Origin: a bacterium
GTDB lineage: Bacteria > UBA8248
Direction: 5' to 3'
Length of the DNA: 64,000 nt
Assembly: GCA_965202625.1 (NCBI GenBank)
Contig: CBDBBI010000010.1
Location: 2,752,001 to 2,816,000 of the forward strand
The translations under genes were made by a program, and so were the position numbers. Under the pieces are notes generated by a model, which was not told where the DNA came from, ran no database searches, and worked only from the letters and a program-made list of their open reading frames with translations. Positions 49,575 to 58,557 of the stretch are shown piece after piece (the stretch's first letter is position 1; the number at the start of each line of letters is the position of its first letter).

Positions 49575-51985
49575 TGCACAGGGCCTATTACGACCTGGGC
49601 GTTCTCTTGAGGCCGATATGGGAAATGCGCTCTGCACGTTCCCTGGTCGAGTTCAACAACAACGCCATTGGTGGCGTCAAGTCTTTGGATGAACGCCATT
49701 CCATCATATCCTATCACGAATTCCTCGCCTGTGCCGTCAACGGCGCCGGTCGAGCCGGCCGGCAGATGGTTGCCGCCGGCATCGGTAAATATGATCACCG
49801 CTGAACGGGTCTGGGTATCCACGTTGAACTCCACCACGACACCGGCGCGATCCGCAGGCGCCACATGTTTCGTGGTTTCCGGTATATGGGCGTTGATCGG
49901 CAGGTCATCTATGTCGATCTGGATTTTATTTTTCTCATAGGAAAGCAAGCCCGGCACCAGCATCTTGCCATCGGAGCCGGTTTTGCCTCTTCTCCGGTTG
50001 GCAAGCCGAACCGGCACGTCAGGGGCGCCCGCATCGACAATCGCAAAGGCATCGTCAATCCGGGGGGAGAAGAATATGCCGCCGCCGGCAACGGCAATGG
50101 CCCCTTCCGCAAAGCCCGTCCCCTGCAGCGTGCCGTCGGCATCGGTAATGGTGGCTTCCATTTTGGCCGCCCTGCCGCGATAGGACAGCGCGCCGAAGCG
50201 GTTGCTGCTGTTCTCGCCCTCTGTGTTGCGCAGGCGCCAACCGAAACTGCCCGGCTGCTGGTCCAGCTGCTTCACGTAGCTTGCCGTGTAGCTGGTGCTG
50301 TCATCGCTGTTTCTGAATCCGGCTGAAGCACGGCTCCGGTCGCCGAGCACAACGGACACGCCGGCAAAAACGCTGGATGAGGACCCCTTGGCCAGATCGT
50401 TGAAAACGGTCGCGTAAAATGAATAGCGATCGGACAGAGAATGGGTATAGGTTGCCGACAGCACACGGGAGGGGTCATTGTCCCCCGTTTCAATGTTTGC
50501 GAAGCTCGCTGTGATTCCGGCGGCGATCGAGGGCAGGGGCAGGCCGATCGCCACCTGGTCAAATCTCTTTGGCACGGCGATACCGGAAAGCGAGGCAGTT
50601 GTGTCGTTTTGCTCCGTAGCGCGGCGCGCGTTCACCGATGCCAGGTCCTGAAAGTCGCCGGAGGTTCGCTGCGAGCTGGCATGGATCGACAGCCCGGCAA
50701 ATTGCGTGTCCAGGGCGCCATAGAACAAGAGGCCATCCTTGTGGTCCCTTGCACGGCTGCCGGCCACCGCGCCAGAGAGAAGCAGCTGATTCGCGATTGT
50801 CACAACATACCCGACGCCGCCCTTCAGCAAGCCGTCCGTCACCTCGATATTGCTTTCAAAGGTTATCCCGTCGGTCAGGCCATAGCGGCTGCTCGCAGAG
50901 CCGAAGACGTGGGAGGAATAGTCATCGGAGCGCACGGCATAGTTTCTGCGGGTGGCGCCGATTTCGGCTGAATAGTCATGCAGTCCCTGCCGCAGGAGGG
51001 ACGGGGCGTTGTAAAAGGCAGAAGTTGTTTCGGATTCGCGGCCCGTGGCGTCCTTCACGACAACGCGCGCGACTCCGGCGCCCGAAATGGCGGGTATGTT
51101 GTTGATCTCAAATGGACCGGCTTCCACCGCTTGGCTGTGGGCTTTCACGTTTCCCACATAGACGTCCACGGTGGAGGGAACGGCGGCGCTGCCGGAGACC
51201 GAGGGCAGAGGAATGGTCAACAGATCGGGCCGCAGGGAGAAATTGCTTTGCACCTGGATGCCGCCGAAACGAACCGGCCTGCTCCAGTTGAGGCCGCCGG
51301 AGATGGAATCTCCGATGGTGTAGGTGCGCACCGCCTCGGTGTCCGAACGCGTGAGGCTGGTTTCCAGCCTGAGAAACTCTGCATCCCATTTATCGTCGGA
51401 AGAGAATATGCCGGATGAGGACAAGGTGCCGATATGGTTGAAGGCGCGGGCGTCGTAGGTAAGGGAGGCGCCGTCAAAATCCAGTGCGTTGTTGTTCTCT
51501 TCGGGATCCTCGGAGGCGGAGGCAAACAGGCCGTAATTGAAAACCAGTCCCGGATCGGCCTTGCCGACGGCTGCGCGGTCGCTTGCGCGCGCATCGTGAC
51601 GTTTGGTGATCCGCTGCCTGTCGTCAACCTTCACGTAGAGTACCTGTGTCTCTTCATCATAGCGGTAGCGCAAACCTGGAATCTCGCTGAGCATGACAAC
51701 GTCATCGCCCGTGCGACCTTGGGGCGGCTTGAGCCCAAGTCCGACAAGTTCTTTCGCCGAAACGCTCATACCGGTTGCGGGCGAATGCCAGAAGGCGGCA
51801 ATCAGACGGGTTGTCTGCTCGTTGATATAGACCTCCAGATAAAGCGGGACGTCTTGCCTGTCGTTTGTTTCGCCCGGAAAACTCCACGAGCAGAAACTCA
51901 TAAACAAGACAGAGGCGAACACTCGGCGCCAACTATCTGACCGCTTGTACCCTCGCGCTTGCCCTGATCGGTCCGATATCGCCAT
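49565..51985 (-). CDS. Fimbrial outer-membrane usher (CsuD-like)
   Basis: LYLEVYINE, GGIQ..NF.LRPDL, GSAAVPSTVDVY and FVIGYDG. Confidence 0.92.
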   Translation of the reverse strand: MAISDRSGQARGYKRSDSWRRVFASVLFMSFCSWSFPGETNDRQDVPLYLEVYINEQTTRLIAAFWHSPATGMSVSAKELVGLGLKPPQGRTGDDVVMLSEIPGLRYRYDEETQVLYVKVDDRQRITKRHDARASDRAAVGKADPGLVFNYGLFASASEDPEENNNALDFDGASLTYDARAFNHIGTLSSSGIFSSDDKWDAEFLRLETSLTRSDTEAVRTYTIGDSISGGLNWSRPVRFGGIQVQSNFSLRPDLLTIPLPSVSGSAAVPSTVDVYVGNVKAHSQAVEAGPFEINNIPAISGAGVARVVVKDATGRESETTSAFYNAPSLLRQGLHDYSAEIGATRRNYAVRSDDYSSHVFGSASSRYGLTDGITFESNIEVTDGLLKGGVGYVVTIANQLLLSGAVAGSRARDHKDGLLFYGALDTQFAGLSIHASSQRTSGDFQDLASVNARRATEQNDTTASLSGIAVPKRFDQVAIGLPLPSIAAGITASFANIETGDNDPSRVLSATYTHSLSDRYSFYATVFNDLAKGSSSSVFAGVSVVLGDRSRASAGFRNSDDSTSYTASYVKQLDQQPGSFGWRLRNTEGENSSNRFGALSYRGRAAKMEATITDADGTLQGTGFAEGAIAVAGGGIFFSPRIDDAFAIVDAGAPDVPVRLANRRRGKTGSDGKMLVPGLLSYEKNKIQIDIDDLPINAHIPETTKHVAPADRAGVVVEFNVDTQTRSAVIIFTDAGGNHLPAGSTGAVDGTGEEFVIGYDGMAFIQRLDATNGVVVELDQGTCRAHFPYRPQENAQVVIGPVQCL

Positions 51986-52655
51986 TTGCCTCGATCTTTA
52001 CTTGACTGCCTTTACGCAACTGACCGCGGATGCCCCAACGAACCTTGGAGCCGCCCAATATGTAGCCAACCAGCCCGTCGCTGAACAAGACGGGCGCTCC
52101 TGTCGTAGGTTTGACCTTCAATCCGGCAACGCGAACGCGCCGGTCCCCAGAGTTCCTGGCGGTGACGAACACTTGTTCCCCGCGCTGTTCCACCCTCCAG
52201 GACAAGCGTGGAACAGCGCCTCGGCTGACGCCGAAAAACACGGGAACCGAATACCGCATCAGCAGGTTTACCGACACTCCGCTTTTGCGTTTGCGCGTGG
52301 GCAGCTGATCAATGATCAGGCGGTAATTCTCCTCTCGCGCCAACGGGGCCTTGCTCACCCGCACGATGCGGATGGTGGAATTGCTGGTCGGCCTCAGCCT
52401 GGCAAAGGGTGGGCTCGCCACCACGTCGCGGGTGGGCATCAGCTTGTCCTTGCCGTTGCCTTGCGTCCATTTGAATATGCGCACCTGGACGTCCAGACGT
52501 TCATTGCCCAGGTTGCGCAGGGCGATCCTTGAGGCCGCACCGGGTTTTGGCACTTCCACCAGAACCGGCGCGACTTGCAAGGTTGCCGCACCGGCGCTCA
52601 GGGCCGAAACCAGCATAAAAGCCGCGCTCAAGAACAAAATGACTGAATTCCGCAC
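51933..52655 (-). CDS. Pilus assembly chaperone (CsuC-like)
   Basis: QVRIFKWTQ, VASPP, EENYRLIIDQLP and RYSVPVF. Confidence 0.9.
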   Translation of the reverse strand: MRNSVILFLSAAFMLVSALSAGAATLQVAPVLVEVPKPGAASRIALRNLGNERLDVQVRIFKWTQGNGKDKLMPTRDVVASPPFARLRPTSNSTIRIVRVSKAPLAREENYRLIIDQLPTRKRKSGVSVNLLMRYSVPVFFGVSRGAVPRLSWRVEQRGEQVFVTARNSGDRRVRVAGLKVKPTTGAPVLFSDGLVGYILGGSKVRWGIRGQLRKGSQVKIEANGDIGPIRASARVQAVR

Positions 52656-52703
52656 CAGAGGATTCTCGTATTCTCGGCAGGTTGTACTGCTAAATTTTCG
52701 CGC

Positions 52704-53219
52704 CTAGTATGTAAGGGTCACGGTGATCGTGTCTTCATAGTTCCCCGGCCGTGGCGTATCTTGCGCGGGTACTCGGCCATACACGGTGTGCGTTTGAAGC
52801 GTGCCATTGCCGGTCGCCGATTTCTGCTCACTGTCGGCTATCTCGCCCCAGTTCACGGTCCGGGCCGCGTTCTGGAACATTTGATATTCCACCGTTTCCG
52901 TGCCGCTTGTGCGTTTCATCAACCGCGTGGTTGTTGTGGCACTGGCTGTTGTGCCTTCATTCAGCTCTATCTCATAGGGTGTGGTGTCGGCGCACTGGAT
53001 CGTGATATCCGCCGAGGCATCCATATTGGCGTCCAGTACCCCTGCCGTGCCGAAATCCAATACCTCGGTCGATACGATGCTGCAATCGCTCTCGATCGTG
53101 ATGCGCGCGGTGAACGTATCGGTGGCCGTGACGGCATGGGCTATTGTCGCAAGAGCCAGTGCACAACACCACACTGCCGCGCCCTTGTTGAAGCAACTGC
53201 GAATATAGTTGCACATCAA
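52704..53219 (-). CDS. Csu-type major pilin with a spore coat U domain (CsuA/B-like)
   Basis: Signal peptide, C...LDFG and VYGRVPAQ...GNYEDTITVTLTY. Confidence 0.88.
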   Translation of the reverse strand: MMCNYIRSCFNKGAAVWCCALALATIAHAVTATDTFTARITIESDCSIVSTEVLDFGTAGVLDANMDASADITIQCADTTPYEIELNEGTTASATTTTRLMKRTSGTETVEYQMFQNAARTVNWGEIADSEQKSATGNGTLQTHTVYGRVPAQDTPRPGNYEDTITVTLTY

Positions 53220-53857
53220 AGTTCCCCTTTAATTCGCACTTTTTGAACACAAAGTTGATCGTGCTCCCGCCTGATGGCACACATACCGAACACGCCTCAT
53301 CTGTGCAAATGACATTGCAAATTCATAAGAATCGCGTTTGTAGTTTTATAGTAGCACGTATTTTTGTTGATGGAATAGCTATTTTTTTTTTTTCGAAATT
53401 TCCTGGCTTTTTCAGATATTTTTCTGTTTTCTCTTACCTTCCTGCCTATCGCCAAAGGGACCTGCTTGTCGGTCGCCCGTTGAATACGGAACCACAACGT
53501 GGGCGTGGCGGGGAGAAACGCATCCCCCGTCCCCGTGCCCCCCTGTAGCCGCGATCTCCAGGATGGACGCGGCGACCCGGAAAATCCCTCGATTCACGGC
53601 CTTTGCAACGCTGATAATCCCCCCGATAAACGCCCTTGAAATGCCCTTGAAAAGGGCGGAAAACGTCCTGTTCCTGTCTTTTCATCGCAAAGTTCGCAAT
53701 GATTTCACTCCGCCCCCCGCTCAAGTTTCTGAAAGCCACTCTCTGACGTGGGGGTGAGGCGAAAGAGCAAGCGGAGCGTCCTCCGCATGACGAGAGAGGA
53801 ACGTGAGGCGAGGCTTGCGTTTTTGTGCGCGCTTTGCTTTGAGGAGCCGAGCGGCTG

Positions 53858-55009
53858 CTATTTGAGTGAGAAAAGACGCCTCGTCACGCTGGCGTCCGGT
53901 ATAGACGTTTTCCCCTCCCACGCCAACTCGGCCAGGAGCCTTCCGGTGAGGGGGGCGAACTTGAATCCGTGCCCCGAGAAACCGGCCCCTATCGCGACTC
54001 GCGGATTCTCTGGATGCAAGTCGATGATGAAATCCTCGTTTGGTGCGTTCGTGTAGAGACAATGCTCCGCACCGGCGAGCGTCCATTCTGATGAGGTGAA
54101 GAATCCCTCCATGAAGCGTTTCAAATCTTCTATCTTATCCTGCTCGACGGCGACCGGCGGGTCGTCCGGGTCGTCATCCACACCGACTCGCAGGTGGCGG
54201 CCCACCTTGATGCCGGGGCGGCCGAATTCGGGCATCCCGTAGAAAAGATGGTTCTCCTCCTCCTCCATATATACCCACACGGGAAAGCGACCGGGCTTGC
54301 AGTCGTCCATCTCGCCCTCGCGCGTGAAGTAGGCGACCGTCTGGCGAGCGACCGTCAAGGAGGGGCGGAGAAAGGGGAGCAAATCCCGCGCCCAGGCCCC
54401 CGCCGTCACGATCAGACGCTCGGCTCTGAGTACCCCTTTGCTCGTCTCGACCGACAACAAAGGCTCCGCCGCCGGGTCGATCGCACGGACGACGGTGTTT
54501 TCATATATGCGCGCGCCGTTTTTGTGGGCCAGTTTGAGGAGCGATTCCATCGCTTCCCTGGCCGAGACGATTCCGGCCGTCTTGTCGAGCAAGACGTTCT
54601 CTGCACCCTCGAACGTGAACTGGGGATATCTCCCCCGCGCCTCGGCTGGCGAGATGACCTCGACTGCCGCCCCCTCTTCTTGAACCGCATGAAGGTAGCG
54701 GTTGAAACGCTCGCATGGCGGTCCGATGAAAAGCCCGGAATTCGGATGGACGAGCCGCTTGCCGGCGTCTTTCTCGAGTCTTGGCCACTCTTCGCGGTGC
54801 ACCCACTGCATCAGGCGCACGTATTCCGGCGCTACGTAGGCGCTTCTTGTGACGCGGGCGGCCCCGTGCGAACTGCCCCGCTCGTGCCCGACGGAGAATC
54901 GCTCCACCAGCCCGACGCGCCTGACGCCCAGGCGCGCGAGATGGTAAAGGGCGCAAAGCCCGTTGACCCCCCCGCCGATCACCAGGACGTCGAAAATTTC
55001 ACCGCTCAT
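53858..55009 (-). CDS. solA: Monomeric sarcosine / N-methyltryptophan oxidase family (SolA-like)
   Basis: VIGGGVNG, GSSHG..R, CLYT (FAD-linked Cys) and GFSGHGFKF. Confidence 0.8.
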   Translation of the reverse strand: MSGEIFDVLVIGGGVNGLCALYHLARLGVRRVGLVERFSVGHERGSSHGAARVTRSAYVAPEYVRLMQWVHREEWPRLEKDAGKRLVHPNSGLFIGPPCERFNRYLHAVQEEGAAVEVISPAEARGRYPQFTFEGAENVLLDKTAGIVSAREAMESLLKLAHKNGARIYENTVVRAIDPAAEPLLSVETSKGVLRAERLIVTAGAWARDLLPFLRPSLTVARQTVAYFTREGEMDDCKPGRFPVWVYMEEEENHLFYGMPEFGRPGIKVGRHLRVGVDDDPDDPPVAVEQDKIEDLKRFMEGFFTSSEWTLAGAEHCLYTNAPNEDFIIDLHPENPRVAIGAGFSGHGFKFAPLTGRLLAELAWEGKTSIPDASVTRRLFSLK

Positions 55010-55285
55010 GGGCGCGTCCTCATGGGGCGGCGGCACCGCCCGTTCGCTCCCGACCCTCTCGCGCGGAGCCATGCACACATTGCACACCATCGCCGAGCGA
55101 ATATCAATGACGAGGAGAGCCGCCCGCCCCGGATTTTCCCTCTCTTGCGGGTTCGCGCGTTTTCGGGGGAGTGGCCGGCGTCGGCAGGCGGGGGGCGGCG
55201 CATCATGGTAAGGTGGGATGATTAGAATGGAATTTTTCAACCCCGTTGGAGAGAAGTGACGTTCACGTCATGGAAGGAGGCGAAA

Positions 55286-56710
55286 ATGGGCGCCGACGAT
55301 CTGCATTTTCTCTCACTATACGCGCTGTCCGAGCTGTTGCGGGAGAAGAAAGTCTCGCCGCGGGAGGTGGTGGACGCGCACCTGCGGCAAATAGAGGCGC
55401 ACAACCCCCGCATCAACGCGTTCATCACCGTGTGCGGGGAGAGGGCGGCGGAGGACGCGAGACGAGCGGAAGTCGAGATGGGGGAGGGAAACTATCGGGG
55501 GCCGCTTCACGGCCTCCCCGTGGGCGTCAAGGATATCGTGGACACGGCAGGCGTTCTGACCACGCAAGGTTCTCGTTTTTTCGCAAACAACGTTCCGGCG
55601 GAGGATGCGGAGTGCGTGCGGCGGCTTCGGAAGGCGGGTGCCATCGTGATCGGAAAATGCAACACCCACGAATTTGCGGCGGGCTCCACCACGGTGAATC
55701 CCCATTACGGCCCGTGCCGAAACCCCTGGAACGTCGAGCGGGTCGCGGGCGGCTCGAGCGGCGGCTCGGGGGCGTCCGTCGCGGCGTTCATGTGTCCCGC
55801 CGCCGTGGGAACCGACACGGGCGGCTCCATTCGGGGGCCGGCGGCCGCCTGCGGAACGATGGGCCTGAAGCCCACCTATGGCCGGGTGAGCCTGCGCGGC
55901 GTGTTTCCGAACGCTCCGAGTCTCGACCACGCCGGCCCGCTCGCCAGGACGGCGCGCGATTGCGGTCTCGCACTCCAGGGAATGGCGGGCTACGATCCGG
56001 CGGACCCGTGCTCGGCGGATAGGGATGCGCCGGATTTCTGCGCCCTCATAGGCGAGAGCGTCAAGGGGATGCGCTTCGGGGTTTGCCGGGACTTGCACCT
56101 CGCCGAGAATGACGAGTCGGTTCTGCGCGGCTTTGAGTGCACTCTCGACGTGATGAAGCGTCTGGGCGGCGTCCTCCTCGACGTGCGCTATCCGCTTGCG
56201 AGAAGGATGGACGAGGTGCGCGGCGTCATCGCCGACGCGGAGTTGGCGTCGGTGCATCGCGAGCGATTTCGCCGGCAGCCGGAAGAATTCGGAGAGGACG
56301 TGCGGGAGCGCATCGAGAAGGCGAGCCGCGCGACGCTCGATGATTACGTGCGCGCCTGCCGGGAGCGGCGAACGCTCACGCGGGAGATGGAGAAGGTGTT
56401 TGATGAGGTCGACGTCCTCATCGGGCCTGTATATCCCTGTCCCGCTGCGCCTATCGAGACGAGGATGGGCCGCGTGAACGGGGTGGAGCATCCGTTCTCC
56501 GGCCTCGGCAGAGCCCAGACCGGTCCCTACAACCTGTTTGGTTTTCCGGTGCTCGCCGCCCCGTCGGGTTTTAGCGACGATGGACTGCCGGTGTCGGCGC
56601 AATTCGTGGCACCGCCCTGGGAGGAGGCCCGCCTCCTCCAGGCCGCCCATGCGTTCGAGGAGGCGACGCCGGAGATACGGAGCGAGAAACCGCCGATTTT
56701 CCGTGAATGA
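55286..56710 (+). CDS. Amidase-signature family amidase
   Basis: GPLHGLPVGVKD, GGSSGGS and GTDTGGSIR. Confidence 0.93.
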   Translation: MGADDLHFLSLYALSELLREKKVSPREVVDAHLRQIEAHNPRINAFITVCGERAAEDARRAEVEMGEGNYRGPLHGLPVGVKDIVDTAGVLTTQGSRFFANNVPAEDAECVRRLRKAGAIVIGKCNTHEFAAGSTTVNPHYGPCRNPWNVERVAGGSSGGSGASVAAFMCPAAVGTDTGGSIRGPAAACGTMGLKPTYGRVSLRGVFPNAPSLDHAGPLARTARDCGLALQGMAGYDPADPCSADRDAPDFCALIGESVKGMRFGVCRDLHLAENDESVLRGFECTLDVMKRLGGVLLDVRYPLARRMDEVRGVIADAELASVHRERFRRQPEEFGEDVRERIEKASRATLDDYVRACRERRTLTREMEKVFDEVDVLIGPVYPCPAAPIETRMGRVNGVEHPFSGLGRAQTGPYNLFGFPVLAAPSGFSDDGLPVSAQFVAPPWEEARLLQAAHAFEEATPEIRSEKPPIFRE

Positions 56711-56720
56711 TTTGGAACCC

Positions 56721-57635
56721 ATGACTGTCGTGCCTCCCATAAAATCCCAGGGGATCAAGACGAAACTTGCGGAATGGATTGCGGAGTGCGCAAGGGAGCG
56801 AGGGTTTGATAGATGGGTAGAGCCTTTTTTGGGGACGGGTGCGGTCGCATTCAACGTCCGCCCGAAAAGGGCGCTGCTTTGTGACAGCAATCCGCATGTA
56901 ATCGCGTTTTATACATCCGTCCAGATGAAAAAAATTACAGGCGACGCCGCAAAAAGCTTTCTTTACAGGGAGGGGGAGAAACTCTCAAAAAGCGATGGCG
57001 CCTATTATTACGACGTCAGAGACCGCTTCAACGCGTATGGAAACCCGCTTGATTTTCTTTTTCTGAACCGCTCCTGTTTTAACGGGATGATGCGTTTCAA
57101 CAAAAATGGTGGATTCAACGTTCCTTTTTGCAAAAAGCCCCGGCGCTTCCGCCCGTCTCTCATCACGAAAATCACGAATCAGATCGCAATGGTCTCGCGC
57201 ATCATCGAGGAGGGAGACTATACGTTTCGGCATCAGGCGTTCCGGCAGACTTTGGCGGAAACCAGGGAAGGGGACATCGTATATTGCGACCCTCCATATA
57301 TTGGCCGCCACGTCGATTATTATGATTCATGGTCGGAAGGAGAAGAGACCGCACTCCACGATGCGTTGGCAGGTTCTCGTGCGGATTTCATCGTGTCCAC
57401 TTGGCTGAAAAACAAATACCGCACCAACGATCACGTCTTTTCTCTTTGGAAAGATTGCGCGATCGCCGTGAAAAAGCATTTTTATCATGTGGGAGCAAAG
57501 GAGGAGAACCGCAACGCCGTATATGAGGCGCTGCTCACGAATTTTGCTGCGCCCTTCTCCCAGCCTGTGAAGGCACAAAAAGGCGGGGGCGATCGCACCG
57601 CCCAGGTTTTTGTGGGTGAGGCATCCATCTTATAA
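56721..57635 (+). CDS. Dam-family (D12) N6-adenine DNA methyltransferase, M.EcoRV-like
   Basis: VPPIKSQGIKTKL, EPFLGTG, LNRSCFNG, FNVPFCKK and YCDPPY. An alternative GTG start at 56703 overlaps the amidase stop. Confidence 0.9.
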   Translation: MTVVPPIKSQGIKTKLAEWIAECARERGFDRWVEPFLGTGAVAFNVRPKRALLCDSNPHVIAFYTSVQMKKITGDAAKSFLYREGEKLSKSDGAYYYDVRDRFNAYGNPLDFLFLNRSCFNGMMRFNKNGGFNVPFCKKPRRFRPSLITKITNQIAMVSRIIEEGDYTFRHQAFRQTLAETREGDIVYCDPPYIGRHVDYYDSWSEGEETALHDALAGSRADFIVSTWLKNKYRTNDHVFSLWKDCAIAVKKHFYHVGAKEENRNAVYEALLTNFAAPFSQPVKAQKGGGDRTAQVFVGEASIL

Positions 57636-57683
57636 TTGGGGTTTGTTTTGACGCCGATTCCCCCAGCATGAGGATATAGGAAT

Positions 57684-58529
57684 ATGACGCCAGATGATGG
57701 TTCCGTGCTCGTCTCGACGGCGTGGCTTTCCGAGCGCCTGGAAAGCCCGAATCTTCACGTGATAGAGGTTTCCGCATCCAGCGATTACGCCGGATACGGA
57801 AAGGCCCACGTTCCGGGGGCGCATTGGTGGTTCTGGAAGGACGCCCTTTGGCACGAGACGGACCGCGCGTTCGCCGCTCCTGGAGAGATGGCGGAGCGGC
57901 TGGGCCGCAGGGGCATCAGCGCGGATGAGACCATCGTCCTCTATGGAGACCCCGTGCAGTTTGGAACCTATGCGTTCTGGGTTCTCAAGATGGCGGGCTT
58001 TGCGAATTTGAGGCTGCTTGACGGCGCCAAGAAAAAGTGGGTCGCCGAGGGTGCCCCCGTCTCGCAGGAGGCGCCGTGCCTCTGTGCCGTCCCCGGCTCC
58101 GCCGTGGGCGAGGGGGAGGAGCTGAGCGTGGGCCGGGATGACGTTCGCGCCCGTCTGGGTGATCCGGGCAGGGTGCTGCTCGACGTTCGATCTCCCGAGG
58201 AATTCAGAGGCGAGCGGGTGATGCCCCCGCCGGGCTTTGACCATGGCGCGGAACGGGCGGGGCGCATACCGGGGGCGGTTCATCTGTTTTTCCGCGAGCT
58301 GCTGAATGCGGACGACACCTTCAAGCGTCCGGAGGAGATCGAGGAAATTCTGGCAGGGGTGGTCGCCGCACCTGATGCGGTCGAGCTCGTCCTCTACTGA
58401 CGCCTGAGCCACCGGGCCAGTCTGGTCTGGTTCGCCATGCGGTATTTGCTGGGTTATAGAAACGTCAAGATCTATGACGGCTCATGGACGGAATGGGGGA
58501 GCATCGTCGGCTTTCCCATCGAGAGATGA
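57684..58529 (+). CDS. Two-domain rhodanese/sulfurtransferase (SseA-like), probable selenoprotein (TGA 58398-58400 = Sec239), 281 aa
   Basis: LVSTAWL, HVPGA, LLDG, DVRSPEEF and GRIPGA, then LY-TGA-RLSHRAS...VKIYDGSWTEW in frame. Hairpin at 58411-58431. Confidence 0.88.
58411..58431 (+). promoter_or_regulatory. Putative bacterial SECIS element (rhodanese gene)
   Basis: ACCGGGCCA-GTC-TGGTCTGGT forms a 9-bp stem with 2 G:U pairs; the loop starts with G and lies 19 nt after the TGA. Confidence 0.65.
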
Positions 58530-58557
58530 GGCGCGCCTCCCTCGCGCGGAGGATGGG

